The translations under genes were made by a program, and so were the position numbers. This document shows positions 27,269-37,808 of a stretch of DNA of 64,000 bases, in pieces (within the stretch, counting starts at the first letter, position 1; the number at the start of each line of letters is the position of its first letter). Source of the stretch: an uncultured Pirellulales bacterium (GTDB lineage Bacteria > Planctomycetota > Phycisphaerae > Sedimentisphaerales > Anaerobacaceae). The notes beneath the pieces are model-generated. The model had not been told where the DNA came from. It did not search any database and was given only the letters and a program-made list of their open reading frames with translations. The stretch lies in contig CAYUFX010000009.1 of NCBI GenBank assembly GCA_964444135.1, forward strand, positions 22,737-86,736, in the 5' to 3' direction.

Positions 27269-28437
27269 AAGTAATCAGAAGAATTTTATTTTGGCTAATA
27301 GCATTAGCAGTGGTGTTTGTTACGTTTTGGTTTGGATTTATACAAAAAACCGCTGAAATCTTGGAGGAGGAAAAGACAGTTCCTGTTGAGGTCGAAGTCG
27401 TAAGCGCGGGCTCTATAGAAGAGACGATAGAGATGACCGGCTGGATAAAAGCAAACCAGATTGTGGACATAGCGTCCAAGGTGGCCGGACGAGTCGAATC
27501 CTTGCGTGTTCTTTCGCATGGGAGTGATTTAGCTGCTCGCCGCGATGCCTCGCAGCGGGCGGTCGAAGAGGGTGTGTCGGTCAAAAAGGGTCAGCAGCTT
27601 GCGATTATCGACCACGATGTTTACTTAGCTCAATTGGTTGCAGCTCAGGCCAGCGTTAGAGCTAAAGAGGTTGAGCTGGCTGATGCCGAGCGTGAAAAGA
27701 AGCGTGTCATTGCCTTATACGAAGGCGGGTCAGCTACAGAGCAGAGCAGGGATAAAGCTGTAACCGCTGCCGAATTGGCGGCGGCAAGTTTGAGCTTAGC
27801 CAAGGCCAATCTGGAGCTTGCTCAAATAAATCTGCGCGAATCCATGATTGTTTCGCCTATTGACGGGATAGTAACGGCCAAACATATTGACGAGGGTAAT
27901 CTGATCAGGTCGGGGGACCAGATTGTTACTATCGCCGATATGAAAACGGTAAGAGTAATTGTTGCCGCTACCGAAAAGTACGGTGCCCAGATTACTGTTG
28001 GGATGCCTGCCAAGATCAAAGTCGATGCGTTTGCCGAAAGAACATTTGATGCGAGTGTGCATTCAATCCATCCGGCTCTCGATGCACAAACCCACACCAT
28101 ACAGGTCGAGATACGTCTTGATAATGAGGAATTGCTGCTGAAGCCGGGTATGTTTGCCAGGGTAACTTTAATTACAAAGCGAAAAGACAATGTAGTGGTT
28201 GTCCCGCGTGATGTTGTTCTTGGAGGCAAGATTGATAAGCATTATGTGTATGTGATTGAAGAGGCAAGCGCCGGCAAAATTGCTCGTAAACATTTTGTTG
28301 AGATTGGAATACAGCAAGCGGACAGGTATGAAATAACCGATGGTTTAAAAGCGGGTGAAACGCTTGTGGTTAACGGGATGAATTATTTAGCCGACGGGAT
28401 GGATGTCGAGGTTGTACGAATAGAGGATATCAAATGA
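27265..28437 (+). CDS. Efflux RND transporter periplasmic adaptor (membrane fusion protein)
   Basis: 390 aa. N-terminal TM, coiled-coil hairpin, lipoyl/beta-barrel pattern. ATGA overlap with the TolC gene. Confidence 0.85.
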   Translation: MKVIRRILFWLIALAVVFVTFWFGFIQKTAEILEEEKTVPVEVEVVSAGSIEETIEMTGWIKANQIVDIASKVAGRVESLRVLSHGSDLAARRDASQRAVEEGVSVKKGQQLAIIDHDVYLAQLVAAQASVRAKEVELADAEREKKRVIALYEGGSATEQSRDKAVTAAELAAASLSLAKANLELAQINLRESMIVSPIDGIVTAKHIDEGNLIRSGDQIVTIADMKTVRVIVAATEKYGAQITVGMPAKIKVDAFAERTFDASVHSIHPALDAQTHTIQVEIRLDNEELLLKPGMFARVTLITKRKDNVVVVPRDVVLGGKIDKHYVYVIEEASAGKIARKHFVEIGIQQADRYEITDGLKAGETLVVNGMNYLADGMDVEVVRIEDIK

Positions 28438-31400
28438 AACTTGCGCAGATTTCCGTAAACAGGCCGGTAACCACCTTGATGATATTTATCGCGATGGTAG
28501 TGTTGGGCCTGGTTTCGCTTTCAATGCTGGGACTAGACTTGATGCCGGACATCGAAATACCGGCTGTTTCAATTTTAACAGCGTATCAGGGGGCCGGGCC
28601 CGAAGAAGTGGAGACTTTGATAACCGAGCCCATGGAGGATACTCTGAGCACTATTTCCGGAGTTGACGAGGTTATTTCGGTGTCCAAAGAGGGAATGTCA
28701 GCGGTGACGTTGAGGTTTGACTGGGGTGAGAAAATAGATGAACATGTAAACGATGTCCGTGAAAAGATTGATTTAATTAGGGATCGATTACCGGAGGAGG
28801 CGGAAAATCCGCTTATTTTCAAGTTTGACCTTTCAATGATACCGATTGCAATTATTGCTTTTACGGCTGAGGACAGCTATCCGGACTTGCAGGATATAAT
28901 TGATGACGCGATAGTTGACCCGCTCAAACGCGTCGAAGGGGTGGCTTCTGTTACAGCCGGTGGCGGTTTGCTGCGACAGATCCGGGTTGATATCGACAGG
29001 GATAAGCTGGCGGCTTTGAATTTATCAGTTACAGAGATGAGCATAGCTCTCGCCGCTCAGAACATTAGTACTCCCGGCGGTAACATAAAGACCGGTTACA
29101 AGGACTATTTATTACGCACACCTGAGGAATTTTCGAGCCCTCAGGAGGTTGCTGAAGTTGTGATTGCCCGCCGTAACGGAATACCTATAAAGTTAAAAGA
29201 CGTTGCCGAGGTAAGGGATTTCTTCAAAGAGCGTACGTATGAGGTGCGCATGAACAGCAAAAAGGCGATGGCAATATTTATTCAAAAGCAGAGCGGCAAA
29301 AATACGGTGGAGGTGGCGCGGGCGGTTAGGCAAAAACTTGACGAGATAAAGAAAAATCTGCCGCCTGATGTTAAGCCCAAGATGGTGATGGATAATTCCG
29401 AGTTTATTTTGGCCTCTGTAGCCACTTTGCGTAACACGGTTTTTTGGGCTGTTTTCTTTGTTTTTATAGTGCTCCTTTTTTTCCTTCGAGACCTGCGGGC
29501 CAGTATTATTGTTGCCGTTGCAATTCCAACATCGTTGATAATTACGTTTCTGTTGATGTACCTGGCTGATTACACGATTAATACCGATTCGTTAGCCAGC
29601 TTAGCTATTGCAGTTGGTCTTGTGGTTGATAATGCCATTGTTGTTGTTGACAACATCAATCGTCATCGTCATAAAGGCCAGCGTCCGAAAGAAGGCGCTG
29701 TTTTCGGCGCAAATGAAGTAGGCGTAGCTGTAGTTGCTTCGACACTGACGACCATTTCGATTTTTGCACCGATTATGTTTGTTGGCGGAATAGCAGCGAT
29801 TATATTTGGACAGTTCGCGGCTATTATTACGATGGCTCTGGTGGCTTCGCTGTTTACCGCCCTTATGCTCGTGCCAATGTTGTGTTCAAGATTTCTAAGG
29901 GTTAATAATCAAAACCCATCGAGGTCTTTATTAGACTTATTTTACCGTTTGGGTGAAAAAGCGTTGACGAAATTAGAGGAGCTTTATGTCAGGTTCCTGA
30001 ACTGGTCGCTGAATAACCGCAAAACAGTTTTTGTTTCCTGTATTGTTTTACTTGTTTGGAGCATTGGGATTGTTGGGTTTATCGGCACTGAATTTTTCCC
30101 CGAGCAGGACCAAAATCGGGTATCGGCGTCTTATGAGCTGCCAATCGGTACTCGTTACGAGCGTACCGGGGTCGTCGCGGAACAGTTGCAGACAATAACG
30201 GAAAATAATGTTCCTGAAAGGCGGGATAGTTTTATTCGTTGGGGTGTTTATGGCCAGGCCGGCGGGGGAAGCATTGCTTCAGAAGAAGAAAGCTATACGG
30301 GTATTCTGTTTATCAGCTTAAAACCTAAAAGGCAGCGTGATGCTTCGCCAAATGACCTGATAAAAAGACTTCGCAAAATCACGGATAAGATACCGGGAGC
30401 AACTGTTCGCTACAGTGCGGAGGATCCCCTTACGGGAATCATGTTTGGCAGCAGTGGACAATTGGCGGTTGAACTTTGCGGGCATGATATGGACGAAGCG
30501 AGTACTTACGCCGAGGCCGTTAGCTCTGTGATAGCTACTGTTGAAGGTGTGGAGGATGTGCAGATCAGCCGAAAAGAGGAAAAACCGGAGGTTAAGGTTG
30601 TCATTGACCGAGAGAAGGCATCTAATTTGGGTCTTGATGTGAGAACGGTCGGTAAACAGGTAGAGACATTTTTTGCCGGCACCACCGCGACGAGATATCG
30701 CGAGGGCGGAGATGAATATGATGTAGAAGTCCGGCTTCAGCCAAAAGACCGGGACAGGATTGAAGATTTACGAGATGTGCCCATAAGTATGCCCGGTGGC
30801 GGTCAGGTTAGCCTCGCGAATATCGCTGGAATCCAGCAGGGCCTGGGCCCAACAAAGATCGAGCGAAAAGACCAGGCCCGCTATATTACGGTTTCCGCAG
30901 AAATCAGCGGCAGAGACCTCGGTTCAGTGGCAAAGGACGTGAGGAAAGCGCTTGATAAGATTCCCGCGCCGCCCGGCTTTAGTTATAAAATTGCCGGTGC
31001 CGAAGAAGAAATGCAAGAGGCATTCAGGCTATTAGTGATTGCTGTGGGTTTAGGGATGGTTTTGGTATATATGGTGATGGCTTCGCAGTTTGAGTCGTTC
31101 CGTGACCCATTTATTATATTTCTTTCAATACCCTTTGGTATTGTCGGCGTAATTATCGCTTTGGCCCTGGCCGGTCAGGCGATGAGTGTTGTCAGCTTTC
31201 TTGCGCTCATCATGCTTGTCGGCATTGTAGTTAATGACGGAATTGTTCTTATTAGTTATCTTAACATACTGCGACGACGTGGACTTGATGTCTATTCGGC
31301 AATAATCGAGGGGGGACGCAGCAGATTACGCCCCGTGGTATGTACCAGCTGTACTACAATACTGGCGCTGGCTCCCCTTGCTTTGTCAAGAGGTGAAGGT

Positions 31401-31532
31401 TCCGAAATTTGGGTGCCCTTTGCCGTAACGATAATTGGTGGGTTGTTTGTCGGGACCGTCATTACGCTGGTTTTGATGCCGACTCTTTACAGTGTGTTTG
31501 AAGGCCTTAAAACTTCAGAGGTAAGAGGATAA
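28434..31532 (+). CDS. RND efflux permease (AcrB/HAE family)
   Basis: 1032 aa. MKLAQISVNRPVTTLMIFIAMVVLG start and 12-TM architecture with two large loops. Confidence 0.9.
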   Translation: MKLAQISVNRPVTTLMIFIAMVVLGLVSLSMLGLDLMPDIEIPAVSILTAYQGAGPEEVETLITEPMEDTLSTISGVDEVISVSKEGMSAVTLRFDWGEKIDEHVNDVREKIDLIRDRLPEEAENPLIFKFDLSMIPIAIIAFTAEDSYPDLQDIIDDAIVDPLKRVEGVASVTAGGGLLRQIRVDIDRDKLAALNLSVTEMSIALAAQNISTPGGNIKTGYKDYLLRTPEEFSSPQEVAEVVIARRNGIPIKLKDVAEVRDFFKERTYEVRMNSKKAMAIFIQKQSGKNTVEVARAVRQKLDEIKKNLPPDVKPKMVMDNSEFILASVATLRNTVFWAVFFVFIVLLFFLRDLRASIIVAVAIPTSLIITFLLMYLADYTINTDSLASLAIAVGLVVDNAIVVVDNINRHRHKGQRPKEGAVFGANEVGVAVVASTLTTISIFAPIMFVGGIAAIIFGQFAAIITMALVASLFTALMLVPMLCSRFLRVNNQNPSRSLLDLFYRLGEKALTKLEELYVRFLNWSLNNRKTVFVSCIVLLVWSIGIVGFIGTEFFPEQDQNRVSASYELPIGTRYERTGVVAEQLQTITENNVPERRDSFIRWGVYGQAGGGSIASEEESYTGILFISLKPKRQRDASPNDLIKRLRKITDKIPGATVRYSAEDPLTGIMFGSSGQLAVELCGHDMDEASTYAEAVSSVIATVEGVEDVQISRKEEKPEVKVVIDREKASNLGLDVRTVGKQVETFFAGTTATRYREGGDEYDVEVRLQPKDRDRIEDLRDVPISMPGGGQVSLANIAGIQQGLGPTKIERKDQARYITVSAEISGRDLGSVAKDVRKALDKIPAPPGFSYKIAGAEEEMQEAFRLLVIAVGLGMVLVYMVMASQFESFRDPFIIFLSIPFGIVGVIIALALAGQAMSVVSFLALIMLVGIVVNDGIVLISYLNILRRRGLDVYSAIIEGGRSRLRPVVCTSCTTILALAPLALSRGEGSEIWVPFAVTIIGGLFVGTVITLVLMPTLYSVFEGLKTSEVRG

Positions 31533-31534
31533 TT

Positions 31535-31825
31535 ATGAAGGCTGTTTTGATTGTGCACAATGTGGCGATAGATGAGGAAGTGAACGAAGCTCTGGAGTCT
31601 ATCGGAATTAATTGCTATACAAAATTTCCTAATACCTTAGGTAAGGGCGAGATAAGCGAACCGCATTTGAATATCGACGTTTGGCCCGGTATAAATTGCG
31701 GCACCTTTGTTGTTATCGACCAGACCAAGGCAAAAAAAGTAATGGAGAATGTCCGCCGGTTGCGTGAGAAACTGGGCACCGAAGGCATAAAGGCCTTTAT
31801 GTGGGAGATTGATGATATTACCTGA
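31535..31825 (+). CDS. Small transporter-associated protein (PG0541-like, possibly P-II-like fold)
   Basis: 96 aa, starting 2 nt after the RND stop. Resembles the small proteins that trail RND operons in Bacteroidota/PVC. Low-certainty family call. Confidence 0.4.
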   Translation: MKAVLIVHNVAIDEEVNEALESIGINCYTKFPNTLGKGEISEPHLNIDVWPGINCGTFVVIDQTKAKKVMENVRRLREKLGTEGIKAFMWEIDDIT

Positions 31826-32148
31826 TTGTGCCGGATTGCTCTATAACTTGTTTTAGGGGTGGAAGTTAACAAAGGGTGGATTTTTTTAAAAATTTTCTGG
31901 TCAGAACATCTCTAAAAGTAGATAATAAGTATAGATTGCGTTTGTGCAATGAAGGGGGTGGGTATATGATTCAAAGTCACAGCGCGTTTTCTTGTCTGGG
32001 GCTAAGTTACCGGAGTAGGTGTGGTAGTGAATTTTACATAAATTTATGAACTATTCGTAGAGCGGATGGTAGTTACAGATAGGTTTTGCATTCCCTTTTC
32101 AATGGGAATGGAGTCCCTGCCAAAACAGGGGGCAAAGGCGGTGAAATT

Positions 32149-32904
32149 ATGGAGACTACTGCAAAATATAAACCGAATGTTGAAATTGCTTCCGACCCTG
32201 AGACTCTTGCCCAAAGAAGTGTCGAGCTTTTTGTTGCAGATGCGCAAAAAGCGATAAAAGCAAAAGGTGCCTTTTGTGTGGCCATATCGGGGGGGCATAC
32301 TCCCAAGCGCTTTTTTGAGCTGCTCGGCGAAGTGCCGCAGGCGAGCTCTCTGCACTGGGATAAGATACAGTTGTTCTGGGTCGACGAGCGATACGTTGGC
32401 GCCGATTCTCAATGGAGCAATTACAAGCTGGCTGCCGATACCTTTTTGACTAAAGTTGCCATCCCAGAGGAGAATATTCATCGAATCCCCACCGAGTATG
32501 ACGATTTCAAGGCTGCGGCCGACAGCTACGAACAAACCATTCGAGAGGTCTTCGGCCTCGATGAAAACCAGAGGCCTGAATTTGATTTGATTATACTTGG
32601 GATGGGTGCCGAGGGGCATACCGGCTCGCTGTTCCCGAATTCCTATGCAACTTTTGATACCGACGATCTGGCATGCGTCGTTTATGTTATGGATGGGAAG
32701 CTTAACAGGATAACCTTGACGCATCCGGTTTTACGTGCAGCCTCTCATTTGGCTATTTTGGTTTCCGGCCCCGAAAAGGCCGGCATTTTGAAAGAGGTTT
32801 TGACCAGCGAGCCGGATGAGGTGCGGTATCCCATTCATGCCCTTTGGCCCATTCTTGATAAGGTTACCTGGCTGGTTGACAGAGAGGCGGCAAAGTCCCT
32901 TTGA
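32149..32904 (+). CDS. pgl: 6-phosphogluconolactonase
   Basis: AFCVAISGGHTPKRFFELL, LFWVDERYV and LILGMGAEGHTGSLFP motifs. I prefer ATG 32149 (METTAKYK, SD-like AAGGCGG upstream) over the track start 32086. Confidence 0.85.
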   Translation: METTAKYKPNVEIASDPETLAQRSVELFVADAQKAIKAKGAFCVAISGGHTPKRFFELLGEVPQASSLHWDKIQLFWVDERYVGADSQWSNYKLAADTFLTKVAIPEENIHRIPTEYDDFKAAADSYEQTIREVFGLDENQRPEFDLIILGMGAEGHTGSLFPNSYATFDTDDLACVVYVMDGKLNRITLTHPVLRAASHLAILVSGPEKAGILKEVLTSEPDEVRYPIHALWPILDKVTWLVDREAAKSL

Positions 32905-33225
32905 TTTTGGTGATTCGACTTCGGTGACGGCAAGCTGAAAAGATGGTTTTTGAAAGACAACCAAAAAAATTCCTTGCGGCCTGTTATAATTGAATACTCC
33001 TGATATTTATATTCCAGGTCGGGACCAGTACAAGCCACTTGCACAATCGCTCTTTCCTGTCACCACACGCAAGCTAAGTAGGAAAAGTGAGGTTCGCCAG
33101 AATTTTCTACACAATACTCATTAGAAAGCCATTCACAGGAATCTAATGTTGATGTTTAGTACTTAAATTCGCTATTTTGTTGGAAAACGACGTAGAGTAG
33201 ATAATTTATTCCACCATGAACTTTG

Positions 33226-33987
33226 CTACAATGTCTCTTCTAAATACTTGTATATCCGTTCCTTTGCACCGAGAGAAGAAAACTGCTTGCCAACTACATC
33301 TGTAAAGCGAGCTAAAACTTTGCTGTTAATCTGTGTTAGGTCCTCAAAGATTGACAAACTGCGGAAGTCACGTCCCCATTTTTCGAACTGAAGCACGGTA
33401 ATGGTCGCATCCCGACATTTAGCATCATTATTGACACCGAAAATAAATAAAGGCTGCTTCATCCCTTTTACTTTGCAATCAACAGTATATATTCTACGGG
33501 GATCGTTATCGGGATCTGTGTAGTCAAATACACGCCGCTCATCCGGGATCCTGCTTTCGAGCAGAAGCCGAAAATCCTCGAAAAAGGTTGATTTGACACG
33601 CTCTCGAGTCAAATATGCAATATCACTAATTTTTACAAGAGCTTGAACAAATGAAAAGAGACCATCACCAAAAGCTTCGTTAGGTACCTCTAAGCAAAAT
33701 TCACCTGACTCGTTAACAACGTTAAAATTGAGAAGTGTCTGATCAATAATGCTCTTTCGAGTTCCGTGGGAAACATCGATCTCACTATAGCTCATGTGCA
33801 TAAATGTATGACCTTCATCCGTAAAAATCCAGCGATTGGCCAGCCTTTTCAGTATAATTACAAAATGATCACCATCATCAAACATAAAAGGCGTATAAAC
33901 AACAAACCGTGCCAGACCTTCTAGTTCAACATAGATCTCTTCACAAACCTTCCGTTTAAATTCTTTTTGGAGTTCAGCGGCATTCAT
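33226..33987 (-). CDS. Hypothetical protein, DUF1828/DUF1829-like
   Basis: 253 aa. YTPFMFDDGDHFVIILKR...IFTDEGHTF resembles the DUF1828 N-domain. 4-nt overlap with the upstream ORF. Local GC is about 42%. Confidence 0.45.
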   Translation of the reverse strand: MNAAELQKEFKRKVCEEIYVELEGLARFVVYTPFMFDDGDHFVIILKRLANRWIFTDEGHTFMHMSYSEIDVSHGTRKSIIDQTLLNFNVVNESGEFCLEVPNEAFGDGLFSFVQALVKISDIAYLTRERVKSTFFEDFRLLLESRIPDERRVFDYTDPDNDPRRIYTVDCKVKGMKQPLFIFGVNNDAKCRDATITVLQFEKWGRDFRSLSIFEDLTQINSKVLARFTDVVGKQFSSLGAKERIYKYLEETL

Positions 33988-34502
33988 TTTGGGTCTCCTT
34001 GAACATCAAAAAGCGATGGTTCATCACCAGATACTGAAAAGCCATTTGTTCTTACGAATGTACGCAGTGCTGTATCAAATGAAGAATATTCATTTGTAAC
34101 TTCTGCGTAACCATCTATATTCAGTCCTTCTTCCTGATATCGTTGTGTTGCCATATGAATGTGGAACGCATTACGGAAACTGCTATCAGGAAGCCCTTTA
34201 GACTTTTCCAATTTGTTCGTATGTTGTGATGGATGTTTACCATTATATCGACAGAGGTTAAACTCTGTTCCATCTTCGTCTCGAAAGATAAGGATTATCG
34301 AAAAATCTAAAGGGTTTATCATATTATGCCGTATTATAATCCGAAACATATGTCCGTTCTTACCCTCAATCTCACAATCACGCTGGGTAAACTTGAAATT
34401 TGACTTCGGATGTGGTCGAAGCCGAGTTTCCCAGTTTCGCGTCAACTGTTTCGGCTCCTGAAATAGCTCAGCAATTTCTTCGTCCGTGAGAATTCTCGTC
34501 AT
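33984..34502 (-). CDS. Hypothetical protein (no family recognised)
   Basis: 172 aa. Conserved-looking LCRYNGKHPSQHTN and FHIHMATQRYQEEG segments. Translationally coupled to 33226-33987. Confidence 0.5.
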   Translation of the reverse strand: MTRILTDEEIAELFQEPKQLTRNWETRLRPHPKSNFKFTQRDCEIEGKNGHMFRIIIRHNMINPLDFSIILIFRDEDGTEFNLCRYNGKHPSQHTNKLEKSKGLPDSSFRNAFHIHMATQRYQEEGLNIDGYAEVTNEYSSFDTALRTFVRTNGFSVSGDEPSLFDVQGDPK

Positions 34503-34745
34503 ACGCTTCTCCAGAGCCTACTAATTTCTATCAATCGGCATTACTCTATGCATCTCTTGAAATTTTACGCTCATTCGGAATATATATCTACTTGGAACAA
34601 CCCGTTAGTTCACCCTTGTACGTCGCCAGTTTCTCATACGAAATATCAAACTATTATCATAAAATTAATGTTTTAGTCAAAGTAAAATTTCACAATTGAC
34701 CTTTTGTGACACTGTCAAAACTTTTGTTTTTTTCTTTGGTTTAGT

Positions 34746-35162
34746 TTATTCCGGGATGATTATTTTTGTTCCGGGCCTGAGTTTATTCACATCTTTGATA
34801 ACATTTCGGTTGGCATCGAGTATCATTTGCCATTTGTTTGCTGAGCCGTAGTATTTGTACGAAATGTTGGAAAGAGTCTCTCCTTCGCTTATGACGTGAA
34901 ATTTTTGGGTCTTTATCTTCTCGGTTTGTTCATATATCGTTGAATCCGGCGGTTCTGATTGATTGTCTTCTGCGTTCAGTGCGGTTAAGCCGTTTGTCGA
35001 AAGATTATTCGACCTGGCGGGGCCTTCCTGTGGAGGTCGGTTACTGTGAGCGTCCGGCCCTGTTGCTTTCCGACTCAGATTTGGCCCGGTAGCCAACCAG
35101 ACCATAACGGACGTAACCAGTAACAGGCCCAGGAGCATTCCTATTTTCAAATCTTTTTGCAT
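34746..35162 (-). CDS. LysM peptidoglycan-binding domain protein
   Basis: 138 aa. N-terminal TM/signal and C-terminal HVISEGETLSNISYKYYGSANKWQMILDANRNVI...LRPGTKIIIP, which is a LysM domain. Confidence 0.8.
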   Translation of the reverse strand: MQKDLKIGMLLGLLLVTSVMVWLATGPNLSRKATGPDAHSNRPPQEGPARSNNLSTNGLTALNAEDNQSEPPDSTIYEQTEKIKTQKFHVISEGETLSNISYKYYGSANKWQMILDANRNVIKDVNKLRPGTKIIIPE

Positions 35163-35294
35163 TTAACCGATTATAAGAAGAATTAAGCTGTAAACTATCT
35201 TTTTTCAATTCCTTTTGCTTTTCTGTCTTACTTCCATATGGGTTAAAAGCGGATACCCCGATTGCGTTTAATATGTGGGATAACCACTACTAAA

Positions 35295-36329
35295 TTAGAT
35301 ATTATAAAATCCGATCAGACCGATTGGAATTAGCGAGCTTTTAGGTTGTACCGACTTTGATTTTTTCCTGAGACTTCGATCCGGCTGTCCTTGGATGAGC
35401 ATTTGTGAAATTGAGTTGCCATGCGCTTGCCACGCTTTTTTTTTGTAAAGAACAAGACGATAAGACTTGAATTTCTTGAAGTTTTCGCCGGTCTTTAAGC
35501 CGCTAAAGTACTTTTTATTAATCTTGTTTATTTTCTTCCTGTACATAAATTTCACAATCTTTGACATCACGGGGTATCTGTTATCTAAAAGCTGCTGCGT
35601 CAGGTCTGCGGTGGGCTTGATGACTTCATTAAGCATGTCATTCATAACGTCAAGTGTCGGTGCTGTTTCTTCGGTGATGTCCAGGTTCGTAACGGCTTCG
35701 AGGGAATGCTCTGAAACAATGTCGTAAAACCTTCTTAGCGGATGTCCGCCCGGTAGAGGACTTTTGTCCGGAGTGTCTTTTTTGAAAATATCACAAATCA
35801 TCAGATAGCCGCCCTGGTTTAGGAAACCAACCGTCTTTTTTATTGCTTCTTCAGGTTTGATATATTGAAAACTCTCGCTGAACAGAATTAGGTCATATCG
35901 TTTTTCTGTTTGGAGCTCTTCATAATAACACTCAAAGATATGGCTCGCTTCTCCTAATAGCTCACGGGCCTGCTTACTCAGATAGGGGCTCGGGGAAACG
36001 CAGTCCACCTCATAGCCCATGTCAACTAAAATTTTGGCTATTTGGCCGGAGCCGCATCCAACGTCCAGGATTCTTCTCATACCATCTGGAATGTGCGAGA
36101 TTATAAGCTGGACATAGTTCTCCTGCGCGATGCGTAAATTGGAAATATCCACTTCAAGACCGTCGGTCCAGTAGCCGTAATGAAGGTGTGGGGATTTGAG
36201 AAAATACCGGCTGGAGATAGAAGCAACTTCAATGCCTATATCACGAGACACCCTTCTTTTGGTGCTTTTTATTCTATTTTCACTGTACTGCCTGGCCGAA
36301 TTAGAGATTGGATTCATATTGACTTTCAT
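35295..36329 (-). CDS. Class I SAM-dependent methyltransferase
   Basis: 344 aa. ILDVGCGSGQIAKIL (motif I) and DLILFSESFQY. Confidence 0.75.
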   Translation of the reverse strand: MKVNMNPISNSARQYSENRIKSTKRRVSRDIGIEVASISSRYFLKSPHLHYGYWTDGLEVDISNLRIAQENYVQLIISHIPDGMRRILDVGCGSGQIAKILVDMGYEVDCVSPSPYLSKQARELLGEASHIFECYYEELQTEKRYDLILFSESFQYIKPEEAIKKTVGFLNQGGYLMICDIFKKDTPDKSPLPGGHPLRRFYDIVSEHSLEAVTNLDITEETAPTLDVMNDMLNEVIKPTADLTQQLLDNRYPVMSKIVKFMYRKKINKINKKYFSGLKTGENFKKFKSYRLVLYKKKAWQAHGNSISQMLIQGQPDRSLRKKSKSVQPKSSLIPIGLIGFYNI

Positions 36330-36537
36330 TGTTTTTCATCCTTGAAATTTACTACAACCGGGATTTCCTATATACTACACTTAGCGACGCATCCTCTCTT
36401 ATTTCAGCCATCAGGTTCTTGATTACAAGAACTTGATAATATCTACTCCTGCAGACCTATAATATCAAATTTCAAACTTTTCGCAATACTTGATATGAAA
36501 AATCCGTATTAAAATTACGTTTTCAGTTTTATTTAAC

Positions 36538-37611
36538 CCCGGATTTCCCAAGTAGTGGGTGACAAATGGAGTTGAATTTGATAGTATAGAGCCTATGGAG
36601 ACCATTCAAACCAGTTTTGACTATCAGATGCGGGAGAACCCAATGGGTGAAACACGCAAGGACGCTCTGAGGCTCAATTTTGACCGCAAGTTGAAGCTTG
36701 AATTTCACGGAACCAAGGTCACCAGTGACGCTGGGCTGCTGGCCTACCTTGAGCTTGATGAAGCACTCGGCCTGACCTCAGCGATTGATTCAGAACTTCG
36801 TGACAACCGAACGGGAAAGAACACTCGGCACAGCATCGCTGCTTTGCTCAGGAAGTCAATATACAGCAGATTGGCTGGTTACGACGACACCAATGATGCA
36901 GAGCGTCTATGTGTTGATCCTGCGATGCGGCACGTTGCAGGGGGCAGAGCAATAGAACGCTCCGCCGCATCAACCAGTGTAATGGGCGGGTTTGAAACAG
37001 AGATACTGACTCAGCCGGAGAACCTTGGCCTTCTGATGGACCTACCTGGCGTGTGGGTTGACAAAGTTCACCAGCGGAAGCTACTGGATGAGGCTTTCTT
37101 GTCATGATTTCGTTGATAATCAGGTCCGACTTCAGCTATTTGCTCTGGCTTACAATATCGGTAATTTTCTCAGGCGGCTGGCATTGCCCAAGTCAGTGAG
37201 GCAGCGGTCTCTGCGGACACTCAGAGACAAGCTCATCAAGATAGGAGTCAAAGTGGTCAGCCATTCCCGTTACGTGATATTTCAAATCGCGGAAGTGGCT
37301 GTGCCGCAGACGCTCTTTCGAGAAATACTCGACCGAATCCGGCGGTTGCGTTTTTTGGCAATACATGCGAGGACGGGATGATGTGTGGTACTGTTGAAAA
37401 CCAGGTTCCGGAATGGAGGGCAACGGTGGCGGTGTGCAAAAATAGTATGAAAAGGTGGCTTCTCGACATAAGTATTCAACTCTCTTGACGTTTTTTGCGA
37501 GACAACTCGCTGGGGCGGCCAGAAAATTGCTGCAATCTCGATGAGATTTTGATATTATGGGGCTTCAAGTGTGAAGGATAGTTTCTGTGAAGTGTAAATG
37601 GGAAATCCAGG
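36538..37611 (+). mobile_element. IS1380-family insertion sequence remnant with internal deletion
   Basis: Terminal inverted repeats CCCGGATTTCCCA (36538-36550) and TGGGAAATCCAGG (37599-37611), matching 12/13. At about 1.07 kb it encloses only the N- and C-terminal parts of a transposase. Confidence 0.6.
36559..37381 (+). pseudogene. IS1380-type DDE transposase, catalytic core deleted
   Basis: The 182-aa ORF (LEFHGTKVTSDAGLLAYLELDEALGL...RHSIAALLRKSIYSRLAGYDDTNDA) is an IS1380 N-region. The 107-aa ORF in another frame (RLSCHDFVDNQVRLQLFALAYNIGNFLRRL) is the IS1380 C-terminus. The DDE core between them is missing. Confidence 0.65.
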
Positions 37612-37808
37612 TTTATGTTTTTCTTATTTTTTTCTTGATTACGTGCGTTTAGAATGGATGATATCTAATTGAAAGGCCGTCCTTCGATACTTACCTTGGG
37701 TAGAATACATGATTGTTTGGGGCTTACACGGCAAATGTGCAACAGAATGGGGCTTATACGGAAACCGCATAATCAATAGTCAGGCTTCAAGAATGAGGAA
37801 TTTTCATT

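Noticed and set aside
32060-32148. Two small hairpins (CATTCCC…GGGAATG; CCCTG…CAGGG) in the pgl leader as a possible riboswitch
   Set aside because: The stems are short and no known riboswitch consensus is recognised. They also overlap the rejected upstream extension of the pgl ORF.
32044-32724. 226-aa minus-strand ORF
   Set aside because: It is antisense to the well-supported 6-phosphogluconolactonase gene and has no recognisable motifs.
36351-36375. AACCGGGATTTCCTAT resembling the IS1380 terminal repeat, 170 nt left of the element
   Set aside because: Only about 11 nt of similarity with no partner repeat. It could be a solo IR or chance, and the evidence is insufficient.
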